Source of the DNA: Octopus vulgaris
Taxonomy: Eukaryota
NCBI GenBank assembly: GCA_951406725.2
Contig: OX597818.1
Location: 10,664,001 to 10,728,000 of the forward strand
DNA: 64,000 nt
Direction: 5' to 3'
Shown: piece by piece, positions 51,370 through 64,000 of the stretch
Numbering within the stretch: the stretch's first letter is position 1
How the letters are laid out: every line of letters starts with the position of its first letter
Notes under the pieces: generated by a model
Database searches by the model: none
What the model was told of the DNA's origin: nothing
What the model saw: the letters and a program-made list of their open reading frames with translations, nothing else
Position numbers and translations under genes: made by a program

Positions 51370-51720
51370 AACCCCACATCTACCACCTCTTCCTATTTCC
51401 CCCCAACCATACAACCAATTTCTTTTCCACCAAGCGGTTGATTTCCTGTTCACCATGCGGTATTTTCAAACTAATTGTCGTTGCTGAAATACCAACATCA
51501 AACAGCCATACTGCATGACCTTTCTCGACCAATTTTCAGGGTAATGTCCAGTAATAAACATTGATTCTCTTCAATCAAACGCTCATTCAGATTCCAATGG
51601 ATGAAGACTAGCCACATGCTTGAAACTCAGAGTACCAAGAAGTCTGAATCAAGCTGTTTTGATCTATACATATAGCACCCAATAAATGTGTTGAGTGCCC
51701 TTCTTTCATTTGTCTACTCA
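51370..51720 (+). mobile_element. Probable pLTR of the Penelope relic with degenerate hammerhead
   Basis: tggatga-agactagccacatgctt-GAAA-ctcagag-TA (~51598-51634) followed by aataaa, in the same orientation as and downstream of the GIY-YIG relic. Confidence 0.45.
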
Positions 51721-51756
51721 CTTGTAAGTATGTGTGTTTATATATATATATATATC

Positions 51757-51907
51757 TGTCGGGCATGTGGAAGAGAGTGTAATTCGGCAAGCAAAGGTAC
51801 ATGAAGCCCAGTCACAACTACAGCCGGCTATTACCGGTAAAGGTTTTAGTTGCCAATTTTGTACAAGACATTGTAGATCTTTGGCTGGGCTTCTTACTGC
51901 ACAGTCA
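51757..51907 (+). mobile_element. RTE-BovB-type ORF2 C-terminal zinc-finger fragment between (TA)n tracts
   Basis: KGFSCQFCTRHCRSLAGL matches F.C..C.R.CRS.AGL.SH. Confidence 0.6.
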
Positions 51908-52048
51908 TATATATATATATATATATATATAATTAATATTAATATTAGGGAAGTTATTTCTGAGTCCACAGGGGAGAGAAGTTCAATTTAGTGGTACTAA
52001 AATGAATGACTCACTGTATTATATACATACATACGTATATATATATAG

Positions 52049-52358
52049 ATAGGTTTAAGAGACAGAATCACCCTCAAGCAACTCAATCATCATTGACTGA
52101 CAATATCCACAATAGGTACATATAGGACTAAATATTAAAATTATCATAATCAATACCTACAATTCTTATTCCAAATTATCAAAGTAAAGTATATGATTTG
52201 TAAACAGAATTGAAGGTATTAATTTTGATAATTTAGAATAAGAATTTTAGGTATTAATTATGATAATTTTAATATTTAGTCCTATATGTACCTATTGTGG
52301 ATAATTTCAGTCAATGATGATTGAGTTGCTTGAGGGTGATTCTGTCTCTTAAACCTAT
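52049..52358. mobile_element. Fold-back element: ~135-bp inverted arms (52049-52183 / 52224-52358) with ~40-bp spacer, next to (TA)n
   Basis: ataggtttaagagacagaatcaccctcaagcaactcaatcatcattgactga... and its near-perfect reverse complement. Confidence 0.85.
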
Positions 52359-53032
52359 ATTATATTTTGAAAACTTTTACTTTATCAGAGAAATGTTGGT
52401 GATATTTCTGGTCACTAGCATTTGCCAGATAATTGAAGTAAAGGTTTTTAAATGTTCAATGCTGGCAGTTATGCTCTCAATGACAAATTGCAGCTTCATC
52501 ACTGTTTTGTTCAAATAATGACAAATTGAGAAATAGGAACATTCTTGCATATACATGTGCACATGCAAATGCAAGCACATGCATGCACACACACTCATAG
52601 ACACACAGACACACACAGACACACTCACAAACATATATACATACATGATAATTTTCTGTAGTTTCTGTCTACCAAATTCATTCAAAAACCATGTTTTAGA
52701 CTTAGGTTTTAGTACAAGTCTCTTACCCAGGGATCTGTGCATTGGAACCTAACTCGAAACAAGTTTGTGAAGCAAACACTTTAACCACACAGCCATGCTT
52801 GCACCTATTATGTGAATTTATAAGTACATACATACATGATGCATGTGCATGTATGTGTGTGTGTGTGTGTGTGTGTGGTGATGCAAAGAGGAAAAATAGA
52901 ACTCAAAATATGAGTGTATGTATATTTTTATTGATATTTAGCTGAAGCAACAGATACATACACATATATATAAATGCCCATATGTGTGTGTGTGCATATG
53001 TATATATGTAAATGCTTATGTGTATATATATA

Positions 53033-53071
<39 letters not shown>

Positions 53072-53092
53072 GCATATGCATATATATTCATA

Positions 53093-53196
<104 letters not shown>

Positions 53197-54499
53197 CAGC
53201 ATACATATATCTCTTTCAACAACCAAAATTGATATAAACAAACTTTGACAACTTGACAGCTTCTCTTTTGTTTGCAAAAGATAACCTTCCCCCACTCTGG
53301 CCCTTCTCTATGTCCCAGAAAAACACACACACACACACACGAGCATATGCACACTTACACATACCCTTTGCACCACCCCTCACCCCCCTCTCACATTTAC
53401 TTCTCATCACTCATAACACTATCAAACTTTCCCAACTACTCAGCTACCCTCCTCCTCTAGTCCTATCCCTACTCCACACCATGAATTTCTCATACATTTG
53501 TATATGGGTATGTAAATATGCTCGTGTGTGTGTATGCATGTATGTATGTATATATACACACACGCATAGATATATTCTCTCCAGCCCCTTGTCTATTACC
53601 ACTTATCACCTTCGCTTTCTTGAGCTATTTCTTTTACTTCACCCTTCTCACTGATATTTACCACCAACCACTCCCCACCTTTGTACATCATTCACAACAT
53701 TAACCTATACCCCTGTCCCTAACTACCTATTTCTCACCTCACCCAAGCTGTGAACTTATCCACCTACAGCTCCCTATCCTCAGTTCTTATCTCTTATATT
53801 CACCTTCTTGTACTTTGACAATACAAGAAGGTAGATATAAGATAGCCATGTATTTCCATACCTCCATCACCAACATCTCTATCTTCCTTCCAGCTACTTC
53901 TTCCAACTCCTATACAGTGCAAGGAAGCCATGTATCTCTTCTATCGCAAGACATTTGGGCCTTACAATATATAAAGTAGTGACATGCTTTAGTCTCATAA
54001 ACCCACCTCCCTCCCAGAAGCTTCTTCTTTTTCTTTGTCTTGCAAGTTTCTTGGTGACCTTTACTTGTGCTGGTGCACTCTGTAAAGTAGTTGGTGTTAG
54101 GAGGTGCATCCAGACATAGAAACCATATCAAAGTAGACATTGGACTAAGATACATTTTCTGGTTTCTGAGTGGAAAGGGGTTGATGTGCAGGTGGGTAGG
54201 ATGCAGGAGTGTGGAGAAAAGTGTGAGATGTCTGGTGACAGGAGGAAGTCAACAGGAAATGTTTCAGTGAAGGGGAATGATAATTTGGTTGCATAGAGGT
54301 GTGAGCAATGTGAAATATGAGTGGAGTGGGACAATATTACAAATGAAGGATGGATGTCAAGTGAAGTGAGTTCAGACAGAGAACTGGATAATGATGAAAT
54401 ATGTCATTCTCTTATTTAATTAAAACTGCAGAATACTGCCATTAGGCAAGTGACAGAGGGAGCAGTGATATAGAAATAGGAGGATGGTGGTGAAGGGCC

Positions 54500-55665
54500 C
54501 AGTTGCATTTTTGCGCATAATGCTTTCAGAACATCGGTTTTACCCAGATGGGTGGGTCTTCTCAAGCACCACATTATTGCCTGTAGTCCCAATCTTTTGT
54601 TCTGTCCTCTGTGAGGTTCAAAGTCATGAGATCAGCTTTCATTACTTCGCCCCATGTCTTCCTGGGTTTCCTTCTCCTACAAGCTCTCTTCTCATTAAAA
54701 GATTGGCCCTTTTTTGTACAGCTGTCCTCATCCATATGTATATACTACATCTGATTCTTTTTTTCTTTTTGCCTTTGGTCTAAATTTTCTCTCAACACAA
54801 TTGTACTTAGCCATTCATGCAAACTGACTTACTACATCTAGTGTAGCATGCTAGCTTCATTGTTTTTCTGCTCTTCACATATCCTCTGCATTCAAAGCAC
54901 ACATCTCACTACCATGTAATACTGTATTCATACACAAACATCATACAATCTGCCTTTCTCACTGACAGAGAAATCTTTTGTTACCAGTAAAGGTAATAGT
55001 TCCCAAAATTTTCTGTTCATATTCTAGCTTCTATAATTTCAAAACAACTTTCTCTATTGCTAATTAAATCACCTATGTAACAAAAGTTATCTACTACCTT
55101 TAAGAATCCTGTTGAACATCTGAAAAAAATCTATTTCCCATGTGTTCTAGGTGTTTATTACTCATGTACATTTTTCTATTAACTTTCTTTGATAGGCATT
55201 GCACCTCTAGTATACCCATAGTTTACATACTATGTCCACGGGATTTATACCTACTTGTTTTCTTCTTGTTGAGCAAGGTCATTTCACTGATGGAAGAAGT
55301 GTCCTGACTGTTTTCCTACCTCTAAATTTTTAGTCTTTGCTAAGTTAACTTTGAAGCCCTTGATTCCAGGTTTAAATTTCACAAGTGAAATTTCTTTTCA
55401 AATTCTATAAGATGTCATGAGTATATTGCAGTTCTTACCAGCAGATTGTCTTAAACTCCTCTGTAATATTCTGGAGTATTATGATGAATATAGCAGGGAC
55501 TGAAAACTGAGCTCTGGTGAAATCCTACCCGGTTTCTCAAAGTTAGTGTTGCAGATCATCTGGTCATTTGCTCCATAGAATTCCAACAGCCTTGTTTCCT
55601 CCTCATTTCTAAAACCAAAGCCGTAGCTTCCAATTATATCAGAGTACTGCCCAGCATGTATAGGC
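54500..55665 (-). mobile_element. Degraded RTE LINE: APE endonuclease piece (55500-55660) joined to RT C-terminal region
   Basis: YGFGFRNEEETRLLEFYGANDQMICNTNFEKP (APE). KVVDNFCYIGDLISN near 55060-55100. Sequence parallels 16250-17050. Confidence 0.8.
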
Positions 55666-55956
55666 TTGATTTTATTTTGCTTGAAGGGCCTTCTCAAGCA
55701 CAGCAAATGTCTGTGTGATCAGCAAGTGTGAGCCTCATGATTCAATGTGGCTGTTTCAGCATATCTGCCTCGTCATCCTCCGGGAAAATGCTTTTCCATT
55801 CTGTCTGCTGGTACCATGAGGCAGTCTGTATCACAGGAAATTATACATTCCTCTCTGTAACGTAAAGTTACTCTGTATAAATTTACAACTGACTAGTCTC
55901 ACACTTCCTATTTTGTAACACATATATATTTGTGTGTGTGTATATATATATATATA

Positions 55957-56140
55957 GGGAGAGTTTACAAAAAAAGCAAAAGACGAAGACAGGTGGTGTA
56001 CAAAACAAACAGATATATTAGTATAACGCTCAGGAATAGAAAAAGTCTTTTATGTTTCGAGCCTACACTCTTCTACAGAAAGGGACACAGAAAAAACAAG
56101 GAGAGAAAAAAATGTGTGTAGTGGCTAACGATCTATCATG
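55957..56140 (-). mobile_element. Short pLTR-like element between (TA)n tracts with variant hammerhead-like motif
   Basis: Minus strand: cttt-ctgtaga-a-gagt-gtag-gctc-gaaa-ca-ta-aaag. Homologous to 27440-27640. Confidence 0.6.
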
Positions 56141-56205
<65 letters not shown>

Positions 56206-56234
56206 TTATATATTTATATATATTTATATATATT

Positions 56235-56269
<35 letters not shown>

Positions 56270-57941
56270 TTATATTTATATTTATATTTATATTTATATT
56301 TATATATATATATATATATAACAAAGTGAAGTTGTAAGGTATATATATATATGTGTGTGTGTGTTTGTATGTATGTATATACAATGGTTATTTATTTTCT
56401 CAGTGATGTACTACATCATATTATAACAAATTATTACATAATAATATGATGTAATACATTTTTGAGCAAATTTATAACCACTCTATGGAAACATTCATTA
56501 CATAATGTGAGCAATATCTCTATTTGTATTCTTTTATTATTGAATTTTTCACATCAATAAATGTGCATCATATTGTTGTTAAATACAATGAATTTACACT
56601 GTGCTTAATATCATAAATTAAGTAGTTAATATTGCATTGTTTGTTTTATTGACTGGCTGATGGATAGAGAGTGTCATTGGTATTCCTCCGAGTACTCTGT
56701 TAGCCAATTATAAGCTAGAGTGCTATTAAGATAATTGCCTGTATTGTATACAATTCCCAGTACTTGATGATATAAATTTACATATATGTATACACACACA
56801 CACCTATTCTTATATATCTATTTGTATATCTGCATGTATCTGTGTGTATGTGTGGATGTATGTACATATAACTATATATATATGTGTGTGTTGTGCAGAC
56901 ATTTTGTTACTACACCAGTTGTGTTTAGGGACAGTTTGTTCAAAACCTCACTCGGTATCATAAGTATACAAGCAAATCATCTCTTTAAGAATGAATAAAA
57001 CTCAAATTATCCTTAAAACTTCAGTGTGTATTGAAATTATGTAGTATTTGTACAATTTTTTTAAAATATTGCACAATTCATAAAGAAAAAGTGTTACAAA
57101 TTTAAAAATTTTTTTATTATTTTAAAGCTCTCTTTTGAGAAGTTATAAAAGCTAATGGATATTATAATAAACAATTATAAAATATTCTGATATTATTACT
57201 TGATGAATATCATTTCAAAAAAATCTGTTAAAATAATAATTAATCATTTAATTAACCTCATGTGAAGTTTCAATCGGTGGGATGTGAACCATGGGAAATA
57301 ATTCACCATGACTTTTGTGTGTCCAAATAAGCGAATTAATAATTTAAAGAAAAAAATTTAGATTAAGAATTTAAAAAATCATTATCATTCTTCTATCTCT
57401 TGTGTGCATTTGACAGGCTGTTTACCCAAAGTGGAGGTCAACAAGATGCTGGGAGGGTAGAAGAAGAGTTATCATCCTACTTTAGGTTTTTCTAGAGTAG
57501 TACATTTTTTCTGCAAAAGAATCATCTTGGTTTTTTACTTCTTACTGAAAACGAGCAGAAAATTTGAAAGTTTTTGGTCCATTATTTAAGGAAAATATCC
57601 AAACTAGATTGCCACAGGCTATTCTTCTAGGCCCTTGGTTCCCAAACTGGGGTCTGCAAAGCGATTTTAGGGGGTCTGCGAAGGGATCAACAATTTTAAG
57701 ATTTATAATGTTCAAAACCTTAAGTTTTCCAGTTTGGGTTAAAACTGGAATCATTGAACATGCACACAATACACAGAACCCCTAATTTACATGTTAATAA
57801 AAATTTACTGATAGAATGCATTTGAAGCCACGCACACAGGATGTACACACACATACTTGAATGCAGACGTCTCTCTGCAGCTTTATCAATCAGTGCAGGG
57901 GTATGGGTGCAACAAGTCTAAACAGCATTAAAAATTGGCAG

Positions 57942-58545
57942 TGTAACAGCCCAGAATATACCCCTGCGTAGACTATACCTGGAGCTAATCTGGGCTATAT
58001 ACTCCAGGCTGGTCTGGGCTAGCCCAGACTATACCCCCTCCAGACAACTAGGCCAGACTATACCTCATGCTTGCGGACAAATAACACAGACATACTTCAC
58101 TCATAAAAGTTGCCTCAGGACATATATATAAAATATGATATCACTCAATGAAGAATTAAAAGTTACATGTAAATTTTGATTTAAACATGGCAATTTGGAA
58201 TTATCAAATGCAAAATACTTTAAAATGTACCAATATAAATCCAATATGAATGGCCACATTTATGCAGGTCTAGAGTACCGGTGTACTGCACAGCATGTGC
58301 GCATCGTCGATTTTTCTCCAATCTACCTATACATTGGGTTTATATTGGTACATTGAATATTTACATTTGATAATTCTAAATTGCTATGTTTAAATTGAAA
58401 TTTACATGTAACTTTTAATTCTTCATCAATTGATATTAAATTTTATATATGTTCTGAGGCAACTTTTATAAGAGCGGTACATCTGTGTTATTCATCCGTA
58501 AGCATGGGGTATAGTCTGGGCAGGGGTATATTCTGGGCTGTTACA
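57942..58545. mobile_element. Fold-back MITE with TGT...ACA ends (Ginger-like)
   Basis: TIR tgtaacagcccagaatatacccctgc / gcaggggtatattctgggctgttaca, subterminal ccagactatacc repeats and ~200-bp inverted arms. Flanks gcag / gtgg are both CpG-decay products of a 4-bp GCGG TSD. Confidence 0.85.
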
Positions 58546-58609
58546 GTGGCCATGGCACTGACATAGTCTGCAAGAGTGGTTTATGAGGAGGTTGCAAATT
58601 GTTTTCGTC

Positions 58610-58866
58610 ATCACACGTTTATTTATCTATCCGCTCAGTCGAAGTCAACTCTCAGTCACTCGATGGATGTGTTCTCCAGCCAGTTCTATCCTGGGTCACT
58701 TCTTTCAGACTGGCTATGGCCATTCTCGTGTCACTTTTGATAGTGACAAGCCAGCAGGTTCTTGGTCGGCCTCTTCCTCTCTTGCCACTGACCATTCCAA
58801 GCATGATGTCCTTCTCAGGGGATTTTCTCCACATAATATGACCAAAATATGCCAATCTATGCTATG
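58610..58866 (-). mobile_element. RTE-BovB-type LINE 3' fragment
   Basis: AYFGHIMWRKSPEKDIMLGMVSGKRGRGRPRTCWLVTIKSDT...QDRTGWR. Confidence 0.85.
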
Positions 58867-61800
58867 AACATCTATATTCTTGACATATTTATCATCATAA
58901 GTTCATTCTTAATTTTACTTTTCATGTTTGTATTAAGCATCAATAAGTAGGAACCTAATAAGCAAATAAAAAGACAAGCCAGGAGTGCTGTCAGAATTAA
59001 GAAGTTTGTTCTCCATAAAGTACCAAGCGACTTTTAGTTGAACTTTTTTAAAGTAGCTACAACGCATTACAATGGTAAGAAATTTGACCTAAGTCCAACT
59101 TAATGACTAAAATGAGGATATTGAAGTAAAACAAAATTAACCAATTTCGAAGTAACTTCTGCATGTATAAGGACTTACCATGCTTTGAAAAACATCTTAT
59201 ATATATATGTACATATTTTATACAAGGTCATTTTGCTTTGTTTGTCTTGATTGATTTTTTTCATTTTGGGGAAGGGGTGAGGGCAAAAAAATGGGAAGGG
59301 GTCTGTAGAATGAAAATTTTGAAAAAGTTTGGGGACCAAGGTTCTGGGCAATTCAAAAATATTGTAACACTCTGTTAGAAAAATGGCTCATACTTGACTC
59401 CACATCCTCTGAAGAGTTTGGTGTGTTCTTACATAGCCTGTGGCTCACACCAAAGATATAACACCTTATTCAGCTGTTCTAATATGGTTCTCTTTTTTTT
59501 AGTATTATTATTTTGATCCTCTTCTTCAGAATTCAGTCCTTATTGTGAGGAATCAGCCTCTTCTTGGTGTAGCTCCTTCAGGTTACCAATGGACGGTTCA
59601 CTTCTCTACTTTTCAATGAAATATCTTAGGTCCTTTCATTCATCACCAAATTCTTGGAACTGCCCTTTCATACAATTTTTTCAATTACTATAGTTGAGGA
59701 AATTGTACATTTTATGACACTCTCTGAAATATTTGTAAGTTTATTGAAGAGACATGAGACCACAATGCTCTCCAAGAAGAGTTCAAGTTCTCCCAATTGC
59801 TTCACTATTAAGCACACAGCATCTGCAAGGAAGTGATTTTTTTCCAAAACTTTTACTGTCACATTAAATGTCAGAGTCACTTCAAAACATTACTGAATAG
59901 ATGCTTTGTGTATAATTTTTTAAAGCATGCAACCACTTGCTTATTCACAAATAAATAATTTACACAAATAAATGATACACTGAATCTCACCAGCCATTTG
60001 TTTTTCTTTCACTTGTATTAATAATAGATTTTCCATTTCATCCATAAATGAGGCCTACATGTTATTGAGCCTGCATATGACTTTTACTACCATCAGACTT
60101 TTAGTTTATTTTCCTTCTTCAAAAAGGTACAAAATGTAGATTTGGCCAATCCATATACCACACTCAGCTCACTTGAAGTGGCTTGTTTCTCATTTATAAA
60201 TAAGTTCTTTTTTTTATTTCTGTAATAATATTTATTGCTGGTTTTGCTTTCACCATGTTGAATATTTGATAGAAAAAATATAGCACAACACCAATTTTCC
60301 TTTGAAAATATTCTACCACATCATCTGGAATAGTAGAAGCACGATGGTGCTTCAAATTCAAGGTCACACATAAAATGAACTGAAAGCCCCTGATATATAT
60401 CATTAAAGGAAAAGTGTGAACAAAGGGAAATAATTCAACATAGCATTTAAGGCATCAGAAGCTTACATAGATTTTTTTTGTACGTGTGTATGTGTTTGTA
60501 AATTGTTCATTGCCATCCATAATTTTATTCCTTGCCAAGTTAAGAGAAAAAACATTTGTCCACAGTATGTTTTTTATATATATATATAATATATACACAC
60601 ACACAAACATATAAAGTGCAGGTGCAACCACATTAGAAGCCCCCAGTATACTTTATGGAGTGGTAGGCATTAGGAAGGATATCCAGTTATAGGAACCATG
60701 CCATTTCAGTCAGTGAAGCCTGGCGTGACTCCTGGCCTTACCAGCTCTAGTGAAGCTATCTAACCCATGCCAGCATGGAAAACAGTTGTTAAATGATGTT
60801 TATAATGATACATACATACATACATATATACATATGCATGCATCCATACATATGTATGTATGTATTACATACATACATACATACATAGCACTCAAGTATG
60901 ACTGTACTTATGAAATTCACTTCACAATTACATAGTTTCAAGTTCAACTTTGAGCTAGACTTATACCCATAACTCTGGCCCAGTCAAAGCCTTTTGAAAA
61001 TACATTTGGTAGACAAGAACTGAAAGAAACCAGTTGTAAATTTGCATTTCTCTAAAAATTACTGACAGTGGCATTGTTATCATTTTTCGTTATCAGCAAA
61101 TTGTCTGCTAGCTTTGAGCTTTGAAAAACAAGTCAAGTTCAAGACAAAAAGGTTATCTGGCCTCAGTAATTTATTCCTCTAACCCACTCTAGCATGAGCA
61201 AATTGATGTAAAAACAAAAGAATATGTATATTCACACACACACACACAAATATATTATAAATATATCTGTGTGTATGAGTGATGGGTGAGTGCTCATTAT
61301 GTACTGTTTATGTAATGCAAACAGCATCTAACTCTTTATTGCTTTTGGTCATGCAGAACCATCAGAGCAACAAATGCTATGTGGTATTTGTTCTGGTATT
61401 TTGCATTCTGAATTCAAAAATTTTATCAAGGTCAACTTCATGTTTCATCCATCTTGGGTTGACAAAATAAAGTACTGATCAAATCAGTCAGTGGTGATGG
61501 GTTGTGTTTATATGTATGTGTATATGTGTGTGTATGCAAGTGTGCATTTTTTTTTGTGTGTGTCTATGTAGTTGTGTGTGCAGTATATGAATGTGTTCAT
61601 AAACACATGCTTGAGTGTGCATTTCATACTGACTGACATAAGTATTCCAGGCATGACCATACCAAATTTTATATTTTTTATCCAGAGACTATATTATAGA
61701 ACAAACGTTTTCTCTTTTATTTAACCTTTTCTGTGTTATTGCTAAAATATTGCACTTTTGCTTACTCACGAGTGTAATATCACACTTTGAAAAGTGCCTT

Positions 61801-63215
61801 GTTGTTTCCTCGGATATCAGCACCTCCTTGTTCAAACAAATGCAAATTAATATATTTGCGTGTTCAAGTGGAGTGTAGTAAATGATTGTTTTAGTTATTG
61901 AGCTTATGTACATGCATGATACGCAGCATTAGGTATAAATATATCACAAAGTTATTTGGAATTTAAATTGCATTTCAGCATTAAGTCAACATGGCATTGG
62001 ATAAGAAGTTCATTGGCAATGAAGTAGTAGAATTAATTTTTTTTCCTCTATAGAATTGGATGATGGGGATAATAACAAGGGAGAGGAATGTCTTTCTTGT
62101 AATATAGAAGGAGAAATCATTTTGTGAAGCTTGGCGCTAATACTTGATTTTTGCATTGAAGTGATTCACAAAATAAGTGAGGAAAATCATGAGCAAAACT
62201 CCCATGCCTCAGGTGGTTGTCCATCTGCAGAAATCCCTGCCTGTATCTGACATAGAGGCATTTCCGTTGATTAATCCCTCCAAATATTAAAGTAAAAGGT
62301 CTCAATTAAAAGACATAAAGTGTGTTTGATGAGTGCTAAAGTGAGAGAAAGCAGGCATGAATGTATAAACTGTTACATGAGACTGTGCGTTGATACATTT
62401 TAAAATATTTCACAGCTAATGTTAAAAATATTTTTTTCTACTCTAGGCACAAGAGCCAAAATTTTGGGGGAGGGAGCCAGTCGATTAGATCGACTCCAGT
62501 ATGCAACTGGTACTTAATTTATTGACCCCAAAAGGATGAAAGGCAAAGTTGACCTTGGCAGAATTTGGACTCCGAAGATAGAGACAGACGAAATACCGCT
62601 AAATATTTTGTTTGGCGTGCTAACAATTCTGCCAGCTCGCTGCCTTACAATGTTAAAAATTTTGCAATATTTCTTCACCTACTTTTCAATTTTATAGTTT
62701 TATTAGACCTTATATTGTTTAATATATTTCATTTAAATGAAATCTAAATATTTCAGTCGTTCAATAGTGAGGGTCATCTTTCTAGTGCTTTTTTCTTTGA
62801 AAAAAAAACCATAAAAGTAGCAGTAGGTAATTTGATACATGTTCTATTAAATGATATGAGATGGAATAGTTTGTCTGAAACTAATAGTAATGGTTCCCAG
62901 ACCTACAGGAAGATATTCACCATCCAATTCTTACTTGAGATTACTTTATCATATCTATTCTCTCTCTCAGAGAGGTTAAGTACAGTTCTTTGTGTTCTGT
63001 GGTTGTCATAAGCATAATTTGCTTCATATTAATTCTTTACTTAGACTTGACAAACATCAGAGAGCAAAACAATTGTTAAATCTTTCATAAAACTATTAAA
63101 TCCATAATTGTTGGGTCTTAGCACCAGATTATCTCTAATAGAGCAAACAGATATATAATCAAAGATGTTCCAGCAGCGATCAACTGGTTTTGTTTCTATT
63201 TTATGCATAATGTAC

Positions 63216-63289
<74 letters not shown>

Positions 63290-63404
63290 TGTATGTATGT
63301 ATGTATGTATGTATGCTTGTATGTATATGTATGTATATATATATATGTATGTATATATATATATGTATATATATATATATGTATATAAATATATATGTAT
63401 GAAT

Positions 63405-63475
<71 letters not shown>

Positions 63476-63529
63476 TATGTATGTATATATATGTATATAT
63501 ATATTTATAGATATATGTATATATGTATA

Positions 63530-63574
<45 letters not shown>

Positions 63575-64000
63575 GTATATATATGTGTATATATATATAT
63601 ATTTTTTTTTTTCATATTCATACTTATACATATAAGACGCACTGATAGATTAGTCACTCCACATTTGTGCCTATAACAGTTTAGCTTCTTCAGCCTGTGA
63701 CTTATAGTGCATAATTCACATATTGCTTTCCATGAATACTGTTTGCAGCTTCACTTGCTGTTGCAATGAAATAATAAACACAGCTGAAATAATTGTGATA
63801 ATTGCTAGCACAGTTTAACAAAGTCTTGGAACCAAAGATATCATAGCAATGTATTTCTGTGATCTATACTTAGAACAAACAGACCAATTCGTGCTTTTAA
63901 ATTACCATTTCTGATTGATTAATAATACATACATCATCTGACGGGCATTGGGCTTATGGCCATAGACAGAGAAGTGACCAAGTTTATTTTACACATGTAG

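Larger units (their letters stand above)
57633..59341. mobile_element. Non-autonomous hAT-Charlie-type element with 8-bp TSD
   Basis: TIRs ccttggttcccaaact (57633) / agtttggggaccaagg (59326-59341). TSD ttctaggc / ttctgggc. Confidence 0.85.
57440..60260 (-). mobile_element. Tigger/pogo (Tc1-mariner) transposase relic, internally deleted and interrupted by a hAT element
   Basis: N-terminal MVKAKPAINIITEIKK...SSELSVVYGLAKSTFCTFLKK (psq/CENP-B HTH), MDEMENLLLIQVKEKQMAGE, acidic C-terminal NLKELHQEEADS, and VLQYF*IA|KNSLWQSSLDIFLK spanning the hAT insertion site. Confidence 0.8.

Noticed and set aside
52068-52110. Hammerhead-like fold in the 52-kb arms (ctcaagca..tcaat/attga..ga)
   Set aside because: The core differs from CUGANGA in both arms and no stem I is evident.
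57409-57500. Plus-strand acceptor tttgacag with a short frame
   Set aside because: Better explained as the antisense of the Tigger 3' region.

Overview
This is AT-rich, microsatellite-dense eukaryotic DNA. Its repeat content (tRNA-derived SINEs, RTE LINEs with a PHD finger inside RT, (TA)n/(CA)n/(TATG)n tracts) points to an octopus/cephalopod genome; that assignment is inferred. I find no intact protein-coding gene, and almost all track ORFs are translations of simple repeats. Identifiable content: at least five SINE-like families, several RTE LINE relics, a non-autonomous Helitron (17220-19183), a nested stack of Tigger > hAT-Charlie > Ginger-like MITE (57.4-60.3 kb), and a Penelope GIY-YIG relic (50.5-50.9 kb). 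Most interesting is a set of short non-coding elements sitting in (TA)n tracts. They form head-to-head fold-back palindromes and carry minimal hammerhead-ribozyme motifs (CUGAUGA...GAAA..NUH). One couples a tRNA-derived Pol III head to a hammerhead, making it a candidate Penelope-mobilised ribozyme SINE. Also notable are a ~5 kb decayed, intronless minus-strand coding block at 1-6960 (candidate endogenous viral element) and several template-switch-like palindromes.
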